DNA of 64,000 nt, taken from NCBI GenBank assembly GCA_951406725.2, contig OX597820.1, forward strand, positions 21,080,001 to 21,144,000, in the 5' to 3' direction. Each line of letters starts with the position of its first letter. Position 1 is the stretch's first letter. Source of the stretch: Octopus vulgaris (Eukaryota). Under the pieces are notes generated by a model. It was not told the DNA's origin, did no database searches, and saw only the letters and a program-made list of their open reading frames with translations. This document shows positions 12,418 to 24,357 of this stretch, one piece after another. The position numbers and the translations under genes are program-made.

Positions 12418-12900
12418 ATATGACTATGTGGTTGAGATATTTTGCTTGCAAAGCACATGGTCTTGGGGGCAGTCCCAATGAGTGACACTCTGGACAAATG
12501 ACTTCTACAATAACTCTGGGCTGACCAAAATGTTGTACGTGGATTTGATAGACAGGAACTGAAAGAAGCTTGTGCACATGCATACATGTGTGTGTATGTG
12601 TGTGCATGCATGAGTGTATATGTGTGTATGTGATGTGCATGTGTGGTGTGGTGTGTGTGCGTGTGTGTGTATGTGGTGTGCACATGTGTGTTTCTTTATT
12701 TTGGTGTTACACAGTAATTATACAAAAGCATCCCTCCTTTTTTTAGTTTACTAAGTAAACATGTTCGGTCATGTTTGAAAACAGGTTGGTGTTGGTGACA
12801 AGGAGGATACCTGGCCATACAAAACTTTGCAAATTCCATCTGGCACATGCAAGTATGGAAAAGTGTATGTTCAAGACGGCGACGATGATGATGATAGTGT
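12418..12900 (+). mobile_element. Old SINE: family A head with an RTE-type tail
   Basis: Degenerate A head, (TG)n, then ttggtgacaaggaggatacctggccatacaaaac...catgcaagtatggaaaagtgtatgttcaagacggcgacgatgatg. Confidence 0.6.
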
Positions 12901-12919
12901 GCTGTGGCGGCGGCGGCGG

Positions 12920-12950
<31 letters not shown>

Positions 12951-13090
12951 GGTGGTGGTAGTGCTGGTCTTGATGGTGGCGGTAGTGGTGCTGGTGCTGG
13001 TGCTGGTGATGATGTGTATGTTCAAGATGATGATGATGATGGTGTGCTGTGGTGGTGGTGGTGTTGATGGTGGTGGTGGTGGTGGTGTAT
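12880..13090. repeat. (GGT/GAT/GTT)n low-complexity tract with internal duplication
   Basis: gtgtatgttcaagay... recurs at about 12863 and 13014. Confidence 0.85.
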
Positions 13091-13209
13091 ATACATATGT
13101 GTGTGAATAGTTGTTGTCTAAACCCATGTCAACCTTGAATGTGTAGAATTCTGTCGAAATGCATTCTAACAGCGACAATCTATGCATTCTAACTGTGACA
13201 ATCCCAACT

Positions 13210-13572
13210 TTTGGGCAATTTCTAGGACTACATTACTACACCACATGATTATCCACCATCTTCTCCAACAACAACACTCGTGGACATGCTTACAAAATCA
13301 AAAAACAACACAGCACCCTTGACTTTCAGAAACATTTTTTCATACCCAGAATTGCTGAAGCATGGAATAACTTACCTGCATCAGTTGTTAGCTTTTGGGA
13401 TGCTCCTTTAAACCTTCCATGCTTTCTGAAATTTGCCAACACTACACCTAATACCCCCACCTTTTTAATTCACAACTCATTTATTATTCTCTTCCTGTGC
13501 ATTGTTCCATGTGCTGTTCATGTGCTTTTGACTACTTTTTTTCTGGTGGCTGCACCAGAGCACTGTATAGTA
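13210..13572 (+). mobile_element. CR1/L2-clade LINE 3' fragment (different family)
   Basis: Translates NTRGHAYKIKKQHSTLDFQKHFF..RIAEAWNNLPASVVS, the TRGH...FF..R...WN.LP..VV signature. Confidence 0.75.
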
Positions 13573-13581
13573 TACACCTAC

Positions 13582-13972
13582 ATAGGTGCAGGAGTGGCTG
13601 TGTGGTAAGTCGCTTGCTTACAAACCACATGGTTCCGGGTTCAGTCCCACTGCGTGGCACCTTGGGCAAGTGTCTACTATAGCCTCGAGCCAACCAAAGC
13701 CTTATGAGTGGATTTGGTAGACAGAAACTGAAAGAAGCCCGTCGTATATATGTATATATGTATGTATGTGTTTGTGTGTCTGTGTTTATCCCCCCAACAT
13801 CGCTTGACAACCAATGCTGGTGTGTTTACATCCCTATAACTTAGTGGTTCGGCAAAAGAGACCGATAGAATAAGTACTAAGCTTCCAAAGAATAAGTCCT
13901 GGTGTCGAGTTGCTTGACTAAAGGCAGTGCTTCAGCATGGCCATAGTCAAATGAAAGAAGTAAAAGAGTAAA
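13582..13972 (+). mobile_element. SINE family A, full length (reference copy)
   Basis: A-box-like tggctgtgtggtaag, B-box-like ggttcagtccc, ggcaccttgggcaagtg, internal (TA/TG)n, tail gtaaaagagtaaaagag. Confidence 0.9.
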
Positions 13973-14182
13973 AGAGACCTCTCTTGGGGGTGGAGCTAGA
14001 AAAAACACACATGCCATGCTGCCCGCCACTAGGGAAGAGACAGCACTTTTGAAAGTGAGGGGCCTCCAGTGACATGGACAGACAAAACCTGAAATTTATT
14101 TCTGTGGTGAGAGCTATGCACATACAAGGCACGCAGAGCACAGAGTTGCGAGCTGCTTCGAGAACTATTTATTGGCAGCCAA

Positions 14183-14656
14183 TATCGTAAATCCTCGAGT
14201 ATAATCCGGACTTTTTTCTCAAAATTTAAAGGTCAAAATCCCTAGTGCGCACTATATACGAGGTTAAAGATGAAAATTATTTTCTAAGCAATGTCCGAGT
14301 CTCTATTTGATGTCCAGCAATCTTTATTCAGATGCATTTTGTGATATCGGGCACGATAATACCTTAAATCATCCATAACTTGCAGTTAGCAACATTTATT
14401 ACTGTTATTTCTTTATTTTCTGCTAACAAAATGCACAAAAAAGCTACATGTTTGCATTATGTTATATATACAATAATAATAAAGGACGTTACCGTATACA
14501 TTTTTACAAACCAAGGACATTATATAGACCTCCTTGACTCAAGTTAGAGAAGGGGTGCGTATTATACACAAGGTTTAGGTTCTTCAGAGGTACAGCCCCC
14601 TAAAAATCCCTTGCGTATTAGACTCAAGGGCAGACTATACTCGAGGATTTACGGTA
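14183..14656. mobile_element. Tc1/pogo (Tigger-like) MITE
   Basis: TIRs tatcgtaaatcctcgagtataatccg / cagactatactcgaggatttacggta with TA ends; no ORF. Confidence 0.8.
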
Positions 14657-14874
14657 ATCATTTATTAATCAAAGAAAAATAACAGTAGTAAGCTTCTGTA
14701 TTAATATTAAGGAATAAGCTGAAGACTGATTTACAGGCCGGATTCTAAGGCTTCATGGGCCGGACATTGGGCAGCATGGCTGTATACAAAAAGTTCATCA
14801 TTTTATTTTTTTATATTTTTAATATTTTTTATGTCATTCAGTTTTTAAAACACAAGCGATGACAAATGACCAGG

Positions 14875-14945
14875 AATGGCGGTGCCCCAGCATGGCCACA
14901 GCTCGTGAGCTGAAACTAGATAAAATAAAAGTAAAAAAAATGAAA
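14875..14945 (+). mobile_element. Extremely 5'-truncated copy (3' end only) of the CR1-group LINE
   Basis: aatggcggtgccccagcatggccacagctcgtgag is identical to 12305-12339, then ctgaaactagataaaataaa. Confidence 0.85.
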
Positions 14946-14949
14946 TAAG

Positions 14950-15214
14950 ACTTTGGCGATGTGCTGTACTTGAGAAGACTCATCAAGCCAAATGAAACTG
15001 TATTCATGGTTGTTACCAGTGCCATGGAAATGGCACCCATGTCAGTGGCACATAAAATGCACCAATTACACTCTTGGAGTGATTAGCTTTAGGAAGGGCA
15101 TTCAGTTGTAGAAACCATGCCAAGTCAGATTGGAAATCTGGTGCAGTCCTCTGGCTTACCAGTTACAGTCAAACCCATGCCAGCATGGAAAGTGGATGTT
15201 AAATGACGATGATG
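14950..15214 (+). mobile_element. Old RTE LINE 3' fragment
   Basis: tgctgtacttgagaagac...gtggcacataaaatgcacc...aggaagggcatt...catggaaagtggatgttaaatgacgatgatg. Confidence 0.75.
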
Positions 15215-15622
15215 TACGTTATTGCTGAAATTTGGCTGCTATTTCTGGCAGGTCGAGCAACCATGGGAAGAATATCCCAGTCTGACTAGTAAAAAGGTGC
15301 ATAGATTTTTTTAAGTTACAATATTTAATATTGAATTGTCAGTCCATTTATTGATACGTATGCCAATTGAATTGCCATTTAATCGATTTAATACACTAAT
15401 ACCTTCACGGTATATAATCGCAGTCAATAGTTTCGTTTCTCAAACGAATTTACAAGAGACAAATCTTAAAAACTTGCATATGAGATGATGACTTAACTAA
15501 AAAACAATTAGCTTCTAGAATTATCTCCCTTGTTACATAACCCACACAAAAACGTTTGAAAATAGATGAATTCTTCACTTTATTGTGACTAAATATTTTA
15601 CTTGCAAATTATATCTAGTGTG

Positions 15623-15870
15623 GTGGAGGCGCGTGGCTTAGTGGTTAGGGTCTCAACATCATGATCGTAAGATTGTAGTTTCGATTCCTGGACCGGGCGT
15701 CGCATTGTGTTCTTGAGCAAAACACTTCATTTCACGTTGACTCCAGTCCACTCAGCTGGCAAAAATGAGTAACGCTGCGATGGACTGGCGTCCCGTCCAG
15801 CTGGGGAACAAATACGCCATTGAAACCGGGAAACCGGGTCCATGAGCCTGGCTACGCTTTAAAAGGGCGC
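15623..15870 (+). mobile_element. SINE family B variant, young (CpGs retained)
   Basis: ggaggcgcgtggcttagtggttaggg...gtttcgattcc; CORE-like gtgttcttgagcaaaacacttcatttcacgttg. Confidence 0.8.
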
Positions 15871-16391
15871 ATTTATTTTTCGCTTTTGGGTTTGGTTTGC
15901 AAGATTCTTTATATGAGTTCGTGTGTTGAAGTATATTCTGTTGTGTCTGGGGAGAGTCATTTTCTTTTTGTGCCTTATAATTTAACACACTCACCGATAA
16001 AATTTCCACTTATTTTTTATTTTTATTTTCCTAAAATTTTCGTTGCTTCTTGCAACCTTTTCAATATTCTTGACTCAAGAGTGTATTACATTATAAGGCA
16101 TTTATTTTTATTTATTTATCTAGTGTTGGGGACACTGTATCCTTCAAAACCTCCCTGCTTCCTGAAATTCACCAAAAGTACACTTGATGCACCCTCACCT
16201 CCGTTTTTTTTTTTTTTGTTTTTTAGTGACTTATTCATTAATCCTTTCCTGTGCATATTCTTTGTACAGTTTATGCAGTTTTGGTTGCTTTTTCTGATGA
16301 GCTATAATGCACCTGAGCACTACTATGATAAGTTCATTATATATATATACTGAACTATTCAGGTTTAGAAGAAAATTAAAGAATTTAAAGT

Positions 16392-16815
16392 ATAGGCGCA
16401 GGAGTGGCTGTGTGGTAAGTAGCTTGCTTACCAACCACATTGTTCCGGGTCCAATGTGTGGCACCTTGGGCAAATGTCTTCTACTATAGCCTCGGACTGA
16501 CCAAAGCCTTGTGAGTGGATTTGGTAGGCGGAAACTGAAAGAAGCCCGTCGAATATATGTATATGTATATATATATATATATGTATGTGTATGTATATGT
16601 TTGTGTGTCTGTGTTTGTCCCTCCCTGCCCAACATCGCTGACAACCGATGCTGGTGTGTTTCTGTCCCCGTAACTTAGCAGTTCGGCAAAAGACACCAAT
16701 AGAATAAGTAGTAGGCTTCCAAAGAATAAGTCCTAGAGTCGATTTGCTCGACTAAAAGGCAGTGCTCCAGCATGGCCCCACTCAAATGACTGAAATGAGT
16801 AAAAGAGTCAAAGAG
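16392..16815 (+). mobile_element. SINE family A, full length
   Basis: Colinear with 13582-13972. Confidence 0.9.
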
Positions 16816-17164
16816 AGTGGGAAATAAAACTAAAAGCACCAGGAAATATCTGAATGAAAATTGAACCATTTGGTCGTCATGAGCTTAAATTCCTGAATTG
16901 TGATAACTTGTTCCTAGAATTACAAATTTTCTAACTGTAATATTTTCTGATTGTTAATATTTTGAAAAATTACATCATAATCTTAATTGTGAAATTAATT
17001 GGTTTTATGTAAATATTCAATGTTTTCAGTAACCATGAAGGTTCAAATATTACATCTAATTTATAAGTATTGCATAAACATGGAATTCATGGAGCAAGGA
17101 GTCTATTTGTTTTTTTCTTTTAATAATACATCCTTGTAATTTCTGTTTAAGTATGGCTGTGTGC

Positions 17165-17808
17165 TTAACCCTTTTGTTGCCATGTTTATTTTGAGATGTT
17201 CTGCATGCATGCATGTGTGTATGTATGTATGTATGTATGTATGTATGTATGTATGTATGTATGTATGTATGTATGTATGTATGTATGTATGTATGTATGT
17301 ATGTGTGTGTGTGTATGTATGTATGTATGTATGTATGTTTGTAAGTATGTATGTATGTTTGCATGAATGCATGTATGTATGTATGTATGTATGTATGTGT
17401 GTATATATGTATGTATGCATGTGTGTATGCATGCATGTATGTATTCATGTATGTATGTTTGCATGTATGTATGTATGTACGTATGTATGTGTGTATGTAT
17501 GTATGTATGTATGCATACAGAGGCAGTTTCAGCCAGGCTGGTATCAAAAGTGTTAAGAATTGTTTCTCTATTATATTTCTTAACCATTTTGTTACCATAT
17601 TTCTATTGAGATGCTCTGTGTTTCTTTCAATTAATTTGAAATAACAAAGCATGTAGTAAAATAACTTAGTTATCATTAAGCTAGTGTTAGGAACATAAAT
17701 TGTGACTAAGGTCTGGTGGAAGATTTTAATTCAAAACTTTTTGAAAACAAGACATTTGTACTACAAAGCCAGAGGCGGCATCAGCCAGGGTGTTAACAAA
17801 AGGGTTAA
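17165..17808. mobile_element. Dimer of the piggyBac-type MITE; interior of the first copy replaced by (TATG)n
   Basis: ttaacccttttgtt...ggtatcaaaagtgttaa, spacer gaattgtttctctattatatttc, ttaaccattttgttacc...aaaagggttaa. Confidence 0.8.
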
Positions 17809-18094
17809 GAAGATTGCTTCCCAAGAGTGTGGCACCGAGGCAAGTCCCACTGTGTGGTACCATGGGAAAGTGCCTTCTACTATAGCTACATGTTATATAC
17901 ATGTCTACCATATGCCACATGTTAACCAAAGCTTTTTGGAACTGAAATAAATCTGTCGTCATCATCATCATCATCTTCATCATTCCTTTAATGTCCACAT
18001 TCCCATGCTGCCATGGGTCATAAATGGATTTATTGAAATTGATTTTCTGTGATTAAGTGCCTCTCTTGTCACCAATTTTAAACAATTTCAAAGC

Positions 18095-18365
18095 AAACAG
18101 ATGCAGAAGGAAAGGAAGCATAGGGAAAGGAGAGATGGATGAAGAGAAGAGGGGGGGTAGATGAGAACAAGGGGAGGACGAGGACATATGTATGTGAGAG
18201 AGGAGGAGGAGAGGGTGTGAGGAGAACGAGAAGAAAGTGGATGGAAAGGAGAAGAATGGGAGGGTGGAGAGGGGAGAAAGGGACAGGAGAGGTGAAGGGC
18301 AGGCAGAAGAAAAAGGGAAGGAGAGGGAGAGGATAATGGGGAGTGGATAAAAGGAGAAGAGAATG
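18095..18365 (+). repeat. Polypurine (GA-rich) low-complexity tract
   Basis: Direct reading. Confidence 0.8.
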
Positions 18366-18489
18366 GAATCTTTCTGGTTCTATAAAATAAATGTGGCATG
18401 CAAACCGTTTCCTACATTGAAGTAGCTACAACTTCTGTACTTTTATGAATCAGCCCTTTTTATTTCTAAATTAAATTCCTTAATCCTGT

Positions 18490-18730
18490 TCTTCTTTTAT
18501 ACTTTTATTTGTTTCAGTCATTTGACTGTGGCCATGCTGGAGCACTGCCTTTAGTCGAACAAATCGACCCCCAGGACTTATTCTTTGTAAGCCTAGTTAC
18601 TTATTCTATCGGTCTCTTTTGCCAAACTGCTAAGTTATGGGGACGTAGACACACCAGCATCAGTTGTCAAGTGATGGTGGGGGGACAAACACAGACACCC
18701 CCCACACACACACACACACAAACACACACA
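18490..18730 (-). mobile_element. SINE family A, 3' half
   Basis: gtttcagtcatttgactgtggccatgctggagcac... Confidence 0.85.
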
Positions 18731-18756
18731 TATATGTCAGTCTACTTCCTGACATA

Positions 18757-18995
18757 AAGGCAGTGAGCTGGCAGAATCGTTAGCACACCTGGCGAAATGC
18801 TTAGCGCTATTTTCTCTGCCGTTACGTTCTGCATTCAAATTCCATCGAGGTCGACTTAGCCTTTCATCCTTCCGGGGTTGATTAAATAAGTACCAGTTAC
18901 ACACTGGGGTCGATGTAATTGACTTACTGCCTTTGTATGTCTTTGTTGTTCTCTCTATGTTTAGCCCCTTGTGGGCAATAAAAGAAAGAAAAAAA
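18757..18995 (+). mobile_element. SINE family C with ...agccccttgtgggcaataaaagaa tail
   Basis: Head ggcagtgagctggcagaatcgttagc; central gaggtcgacttagcctttcatccttccggggttgattaaataagtacc. Confidence 0.88.
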
Positions 18996-19014
18996 AAAAA
19001 ATATATATATATAT

Positions 19015-19500
19015 GTCAGGAATTTGCATCTTTGTGGTACCAGTGCTGGTGGCACATAAGAAAACCATCCGAACGTGGCCATAGCCAGTACTGCATCAAC
19101 TGGCCTCCGTGCTGTGGGCATGTAACAAACACCATCCGATCGTAGCCGTTCGTCAGCCTCGTCTGGCACCTGTGTCGGTGGGACATAAAAAACACCATCC
19201 GAGCGTGGCCGTTCGCCAGCCTCGTCTGGCACCTGTGTTGGTGGCACGTAAAAAAACCCATCCGAGCGTGGCCGTTCGCCAGCCTCGTCGGCATCTGTGT
19301 CGGTGGCACATAAAATCACCCACTACACTCTCAGAGTGGTTGGCGTTAGGAAGGGCATCCAGCTGTAGAAACACTGCCAGATCTGACTGGCCTGGTGCAG
19401 CCTTCGGGCAAGTGTTTACTACTATGATTCCCAGCAGACCGATGAATGCATTTAAGCATGGAAAGCGGACGTTAAACGATGATGATGATGATGATGATGT
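19015..19500 (+). mobile_element. RTE LINE 3' UTR copy with ~5 tandem ~63 bp subrepeats
   Basis: Unit ggtggcacgtaaaaa.caccatccgagcgtggccgttcgccagcctcgtctggcacctgtgtc; ends ggacgttaaacgatgatgatg. Confidence 0.85.
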
Positions 19501-19551
19501 CAGGCTTTTTCCACTTTCCATCTACCAAATCCACTCACAAGACTTTGGTAT

Positions 19552-19888
19552 GTGAAGGCGCATGGCTCAGTGGTTAAGCCTCGAGCTTACGATCGTGAGG
19601 TTGTGAGTTCAAATCTCGGACCGGGCTGTGTGTTGTGTTCTTGAGCAAGACACTTTATTTCACATTGCTCCAGTTCACTCAGCTGTAGAAATGAGTTGCG
19701 ACATCACAGGTGCCAAGCTGTATCGGCCTTTGCCTTTCCCTTTGGATAACACTGGTGGCGTGGAGAGGAGAGGCCGGTATGCATGGGCAACTGCTGGTCT
19801 TCCATAAACAACCTTGCCCAGACTTGTGCCTGGGAAGGTAACTTTCTAGGTGCAATCCCACGGTCAATCATGACCGAAGGGGTTCTCA
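19552..19888 (+). mobile_element. SINE family B, full length
   Basis: A-box tggctcagtgg, anticodon-like cttACGat, B-box gttcaaatc, then CORE-like gtgttcttgagcaagacacttta. Confidence 0.88.
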
Positions 19889-20039
19889 ATGTATGTATGT
19901 ATGTGTGCATGTGTGTGTACGTATGTATGTATGCATGTGTGTGTTTGTGTATGTTTGTATGTATGCATGTATGTGTGTATGTGTATGTGTATGTGTATGT
20001 GCGTGCGTGTGTGCGTATGCATCTATCGACCCATGGTAA

Positions 20040-20320
20040 ACTGTGATATGGCTATTGTTCACAACAAAACCTGTGCAACATATGGAAAGGTGTGCTTCTC
20101 AGTTGGAGGACTGAAAATCCATGTCAAAAGAGTTCATATACTGTGGCACCTGTATCTTCTGCCAGCCAGCAACAGCTGTGCATTATGCAACAGAATGTGC
20201 AATGCTTTCACCGAACTCTAGAGTCATGTAAAGCCTTCACATTGCATCAACAATGACTCATTTCAGTTGTTCTTTCTAGCAATGGCTTCGCTTGTATACG
20301 AGAAAGTAGCCAAATCAGAG
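20040..20320 (+). mobile_element. Decayed RTE-type LINE C-terminus with C2H2-like zinc fingers
   Basis: TCATYGKVCFSVGGLKIHVKRVH ... SCALCNRMCNAFTEL*SHVK; lies next to (TATG)n tracts. Confidence 0.55.
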
Positions 20321-20339
20321 AGATGTGTGTATGTATCTA

Positions 20340-20450
20340 TGATCTTGTTCAGTTTTATTTCAAGATTTCTTGCCAATAGAGAAAAAGCGGTTTCTAACCT
20401 AATTCAAGGCTGCTTCATTGGAATTTCAACATCAACAGGGTATTTTTGTT
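20340..20450 (-). mobile_element. 3' UTR fragment of the RLE LINE at 47022-47810, next to (TATG)n
   Basis: ttgttcagttttatttcaagatttcttgccaataga...ttggaatttcaacatcaaca matches 47022-47130. Confidence 0.75.
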
Positions 20451-20489
20451 TGTATGTATGTATGTATGTATGTATGCATGTATGTATGT

Positions 20490-20812
20490 AAAGCTGGAGT
20501 CAAGAGTCATCTTCGTAGTCATAAAGCGAGACAGATGAGTGACAACCTGGCCACTGGTGGTGGTGTTACACACCATACTAATCATATCTGTCAGGCATGT
20601 GGAAGAGAGTGTAATTCGGCAGGAGGACTTAAACAACATGCAAAGGTACATGAAGCCTAGTTACAACTACAGCTGGCAATTGCCAGTAAAGGTTTTAGCT
20701 ACCAATTCTGTACAAGACATTGTAGATCTTTAGCTGGGCTAAAAAGTCACATTCTACCACAGCACCAATAATAGTTAAGCTTCGTGCAATGGCCATATTC
20801 GATAACGAGGGG
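20490..20812 (+). mobile_element. Second decayed RTE-type C-terminus with tandem C2H2-like fingers
   Basis: AGVKSHLRSH...HICQACGRECNSAGGLKQHAKVH...FCTRHCRSLAGLKSHI; ends gcaatggccatattcgataacgagggg. Confidence 0.6.
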
Positions 20813-22317
20813 TCAATTTGCTCGACTAAAGGTGGTGCTCCAGCATGGCCACAGTCAAATGACTGAAACAAGAAAAAGAGTAAAAGAGAGTATACATGTA
20901 TACATGTATGTATGCATGTATGAATATGAATAAGTATGTACATATCTATGTATGCATGTATATATGTATGCATGCATATATGTTTGTGTAAATGTATGTT
21001 TTATATATGTGTGTATGTTTTTAAGTATGGTATTTATTCTACCAGTCTCACTTATCAAACCACTAAGTTATGGGAGTATAAACAGACCTTGATCACTAAG
21101 CTGTGGTGGGTCAAACACACACGCACACACACAATCATGATTGGCATCCCCACATTCTCTTCTACCAAATTCTCTCTCAAGGCATTGGTCAGTCCAGGAC
21201 TTTAGAAGAAGACACTAACCCAAGATGCTGTCCAGTGGGACTGAACATGAGAACACGTGGTCGCAAAGTTAGCTTCCTTAACCACATGGCCATGGCTGCA
21301 CATGGATAAAAATAAAAATATGGGGTAACTCATACACCTAAGAGTCTTTTGTTTCTGAAATATTTCCTCTTAATTTTGTTTAGAATCATCACAAAAGAAA
21401 TTAAACTGACTGAATGAATGACTTATGACTCACTTCTTATGATGGAAATTTGGCCGATATTTCTAACCTCAGGTATAAATATCACCTGAGTGAAGAAAAT
21501 GACAGTCAAATTTGCTCCAAATCACACCTTAGCGTTTTAGAAGAAGGCTGCTCTTCAGAGCTCAACTGGAGTTAAACCATAGCAAAGATATCAGTTAACA
21601 TTTAATATCGTGACATTTAGCATTATAAATAAATAATATTTAATATTAGTTTGATATGCAATATCTGAATCAGAGATGAATATCTCCAGGCATAAAGAGC
21701 TGGTAAAAGAGGCCAAACATTAATACGTATCATATTACTGCTGTATTCAATGTAGCAATAATACCGATATAATATAATAGTAAATCAGCTGCTGTCTGCC
21801 AACTGACAGCAGGAAACATCAAAGCCTGCAATCATTATTGTATTCTAGACATAATCCATCAGTTCTTTAAATCATGCTCCAGCCATTATTTCAAACAAAT
21901 ATAGATTACGTTTTCTTTTGTTTCTTGAAAAAAAAAAAAATTATTAAGTGCAGATATAACCATGTTTTCTTTGAAGAACTAAAACTTTTTGAACTAGATT
22001 GACAACAAAAGACTACATTAAGGAATAAAACAAGCCGAAGCTTGTTTTTGGTTGCTTAATTACTGTACTTAATGGCATGAAAGATGCAAGGGCATATGAG
22101 ACAAACCCTAATTTTAGCAGTGCATATCTAGGGAAAACAATTCTGATATGACGTATGACTTCTCGTCATCACTGTTATATCTGAACTGTTATAGTATCAA
22201 ATGTCCCTGATGTTTCCTTTTTATTCTCTAACTGTGTATCTTCAACAAGCTCTCCATGATATCTCTATTCAATAATTCCTACAGCCTGTACGCTATGACT
22301 ACACACATGACACTCGA

Positions 22318-22480
22318 TTTCTTTATTAGCCACAAGGGCCCAAATATAGAGGGGGGACAAACAAGGACAGACAGGACACGACAGAGGGGACAATACATAG
22401 AACGAATATGATGAGACAATTATACAATAATGGGGTTATGAATGGCTGCATGCGCCCCTCATCACATGCATTACCATTAA
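22318..22480 (-). mobile_element. LINE 3' end (probable L1/Tx1-like) matching the SINE C tail
   Basis: Minus strand gtctgtccttgtttgtcccccctctatatttgggcccttgtggctaataaagaaa, with no SINE head upstream. Confidence 0.6.
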
Positions 22481-22597
22481 TCTTTTTTAACTGTCTGTTT
22501 TTATCATGTATTTAACTAACAATTAATTATCGTCTACCATTACAATTATTTGAACTGTTATATGTTCTCTAAAATTGTACTTCTATTTTCCGATATT

Positions 22598-22657
22598 GGG
22601 CTGACCAATGCCTTGTGAGTGGATTTGGTAGACGGAAACCGAAAGAAGCCTGTCGTA

Positions 22658-22726
<69 letters not shown>

Positions 22727-22930
22727 GTGTGTGTTTGTGTGTCTGTGTTTGTCTCCCTAGCATTGCTTGACAACCGATGCTGGTGTGTTTACGTCCCCGT
22801 CACTTAGTGGTTTGGCAAAAGAAACTGATAGAATAAGTACTGGGCTTACAAAGTCCCGGGGTCGATTTGCTTGACTAAAGGCGGTGCTCCAGCATGGCTG
22901 CTGTCAAATGACTGAAACAAGTAAAAGAGT
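22598..22930 (+). mobile_element. SINE family A, 5'-truncated
   Basis: Colinear with the 3' three quarters of 13582-13972. Confidence 0.88.
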
Positions 22931-23419
22931 ATAACATAAAACACTTACTCTTACTTTTTTCTTTTTTCTTTTTTTTTCCTCCTTTTCCTTTTTCTTTTCT
23001 TTTTTCCTGTCGCTTTGACACTCCTCTCAGACTTCTGCGCATGTTCATTTATACTAACGAGTATAGTTCACTTAGCCAATTACTGCAGGGTGTTCAGATT
23101 CCTCATACAACAAATTGTTTAAGTGCATTAAAGCTTATGGGAGGAGGCCTAACTTCACATAAAAGACCTGAGGTGACTTATTTTTGAGATGTTTTTTTTT
23201 AATTAAAGGTGCATGTTAAATCTTTCAGTTGTTTCAGTCATTGGACAGTGGCCATGCTGGATCATCTCATTGATGGGTTTAGTCAAACAAACTGAGCCCA
23301 GTACTTGATTATCCAAGTCTGGTACTTATTTGATCAGTCTCTTTTTACCGAACCACTAAGTTACAGGAACGCAAGCAAACTGATACCAGTTGTCCATCAG
23401 TATTGAGACAAACACAAAG

Positions 23420-24115
23420 ATGCACACACACACACACAAAGACACATAATACATACATACACACATACATGTACACATACATACATACATGCACACATAC
23501 ATAATACATACATACATACATACATACATACATACATACATACACACTTACATACATATATACATACATACACACACACATACATACACACATACATACA
23601 TACACACACATACATACATACATACACACTTACATACATATATACATACATACACACACATACATACATACAAACATACATGCATACATACACACATACA
23701 TACACATATACATACATACACACATACATACATACACACATACATTCATACACACATACATACCCACACATACGTACATACACACAGACATACCTACATA
23801 CATACATACATACACACACATATATACATACATACAAACATACATACATACATACACACATATACACATACATACAAACATACATACATACACACACATA
23901 CATATATACATACATACAAACATACATACATACATACATATGCACATACATACATACATATATATATACATACACACACACATACATTCATACATACATA
24001 CATACACACATACACACATACATACATACACACATACATACATACATACATACATACATACATACATACATACATACATACATACATACGCATATATACA
24101 CATACATACATATAT
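23420..24115. repeat. Long (TACA/CA)n microsatellite, ~700 bp
   Basis: Direct reading. Confidence 0.95.
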
Positions 24116-24315
24116 CATCATCATCATCATCCATCATCACCGTTTAATGTCTGTCTTCCATACATGCATCGGTAGGATGGCTGACAAGAGCTGGTCAGGT
24201 AGAAGACTATTCCAGGTCACTGTGTCTGTTTTGGCCAGGTTAATCAAGGAAATTCCAACTTAGTCTGATTTTCATGTTTTATTATTTACAATTTTCACAG
24301 TTTTACAATATTGAA

Positions 24316-24357
24316 ATAAACTAGTACTTTCATGTGTTTTGCACTCGTCAGGTTTAT
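24316..24357 (-). ncRNA. Minimal type I hammerhead ribozyme motif (canonical core)
   Basis: Minus strand: ataaac-CUGACGA-gtg(caaaaca)cat-GAAA-gtac-UA-gtttat; 6 bp stem I, short stem II, palindromic stem III. Confidence 0.75.

Noticed and set aside
11984-12685. 233 aa minus-strand ORF
   Set aside because: Antisense to the LINE RT tail plus SINE and microsatellite sequence.
14018-14040. CTCF-like motif gccactaggg
   Set aside because: Only half of the consensus matches, which is expected by chance.
19552-19625. tRNA-Arg(ACG) gene
   Set aside because: The tRNA-like head continues into a SINE body present in several diverged copies, one with a TSD.
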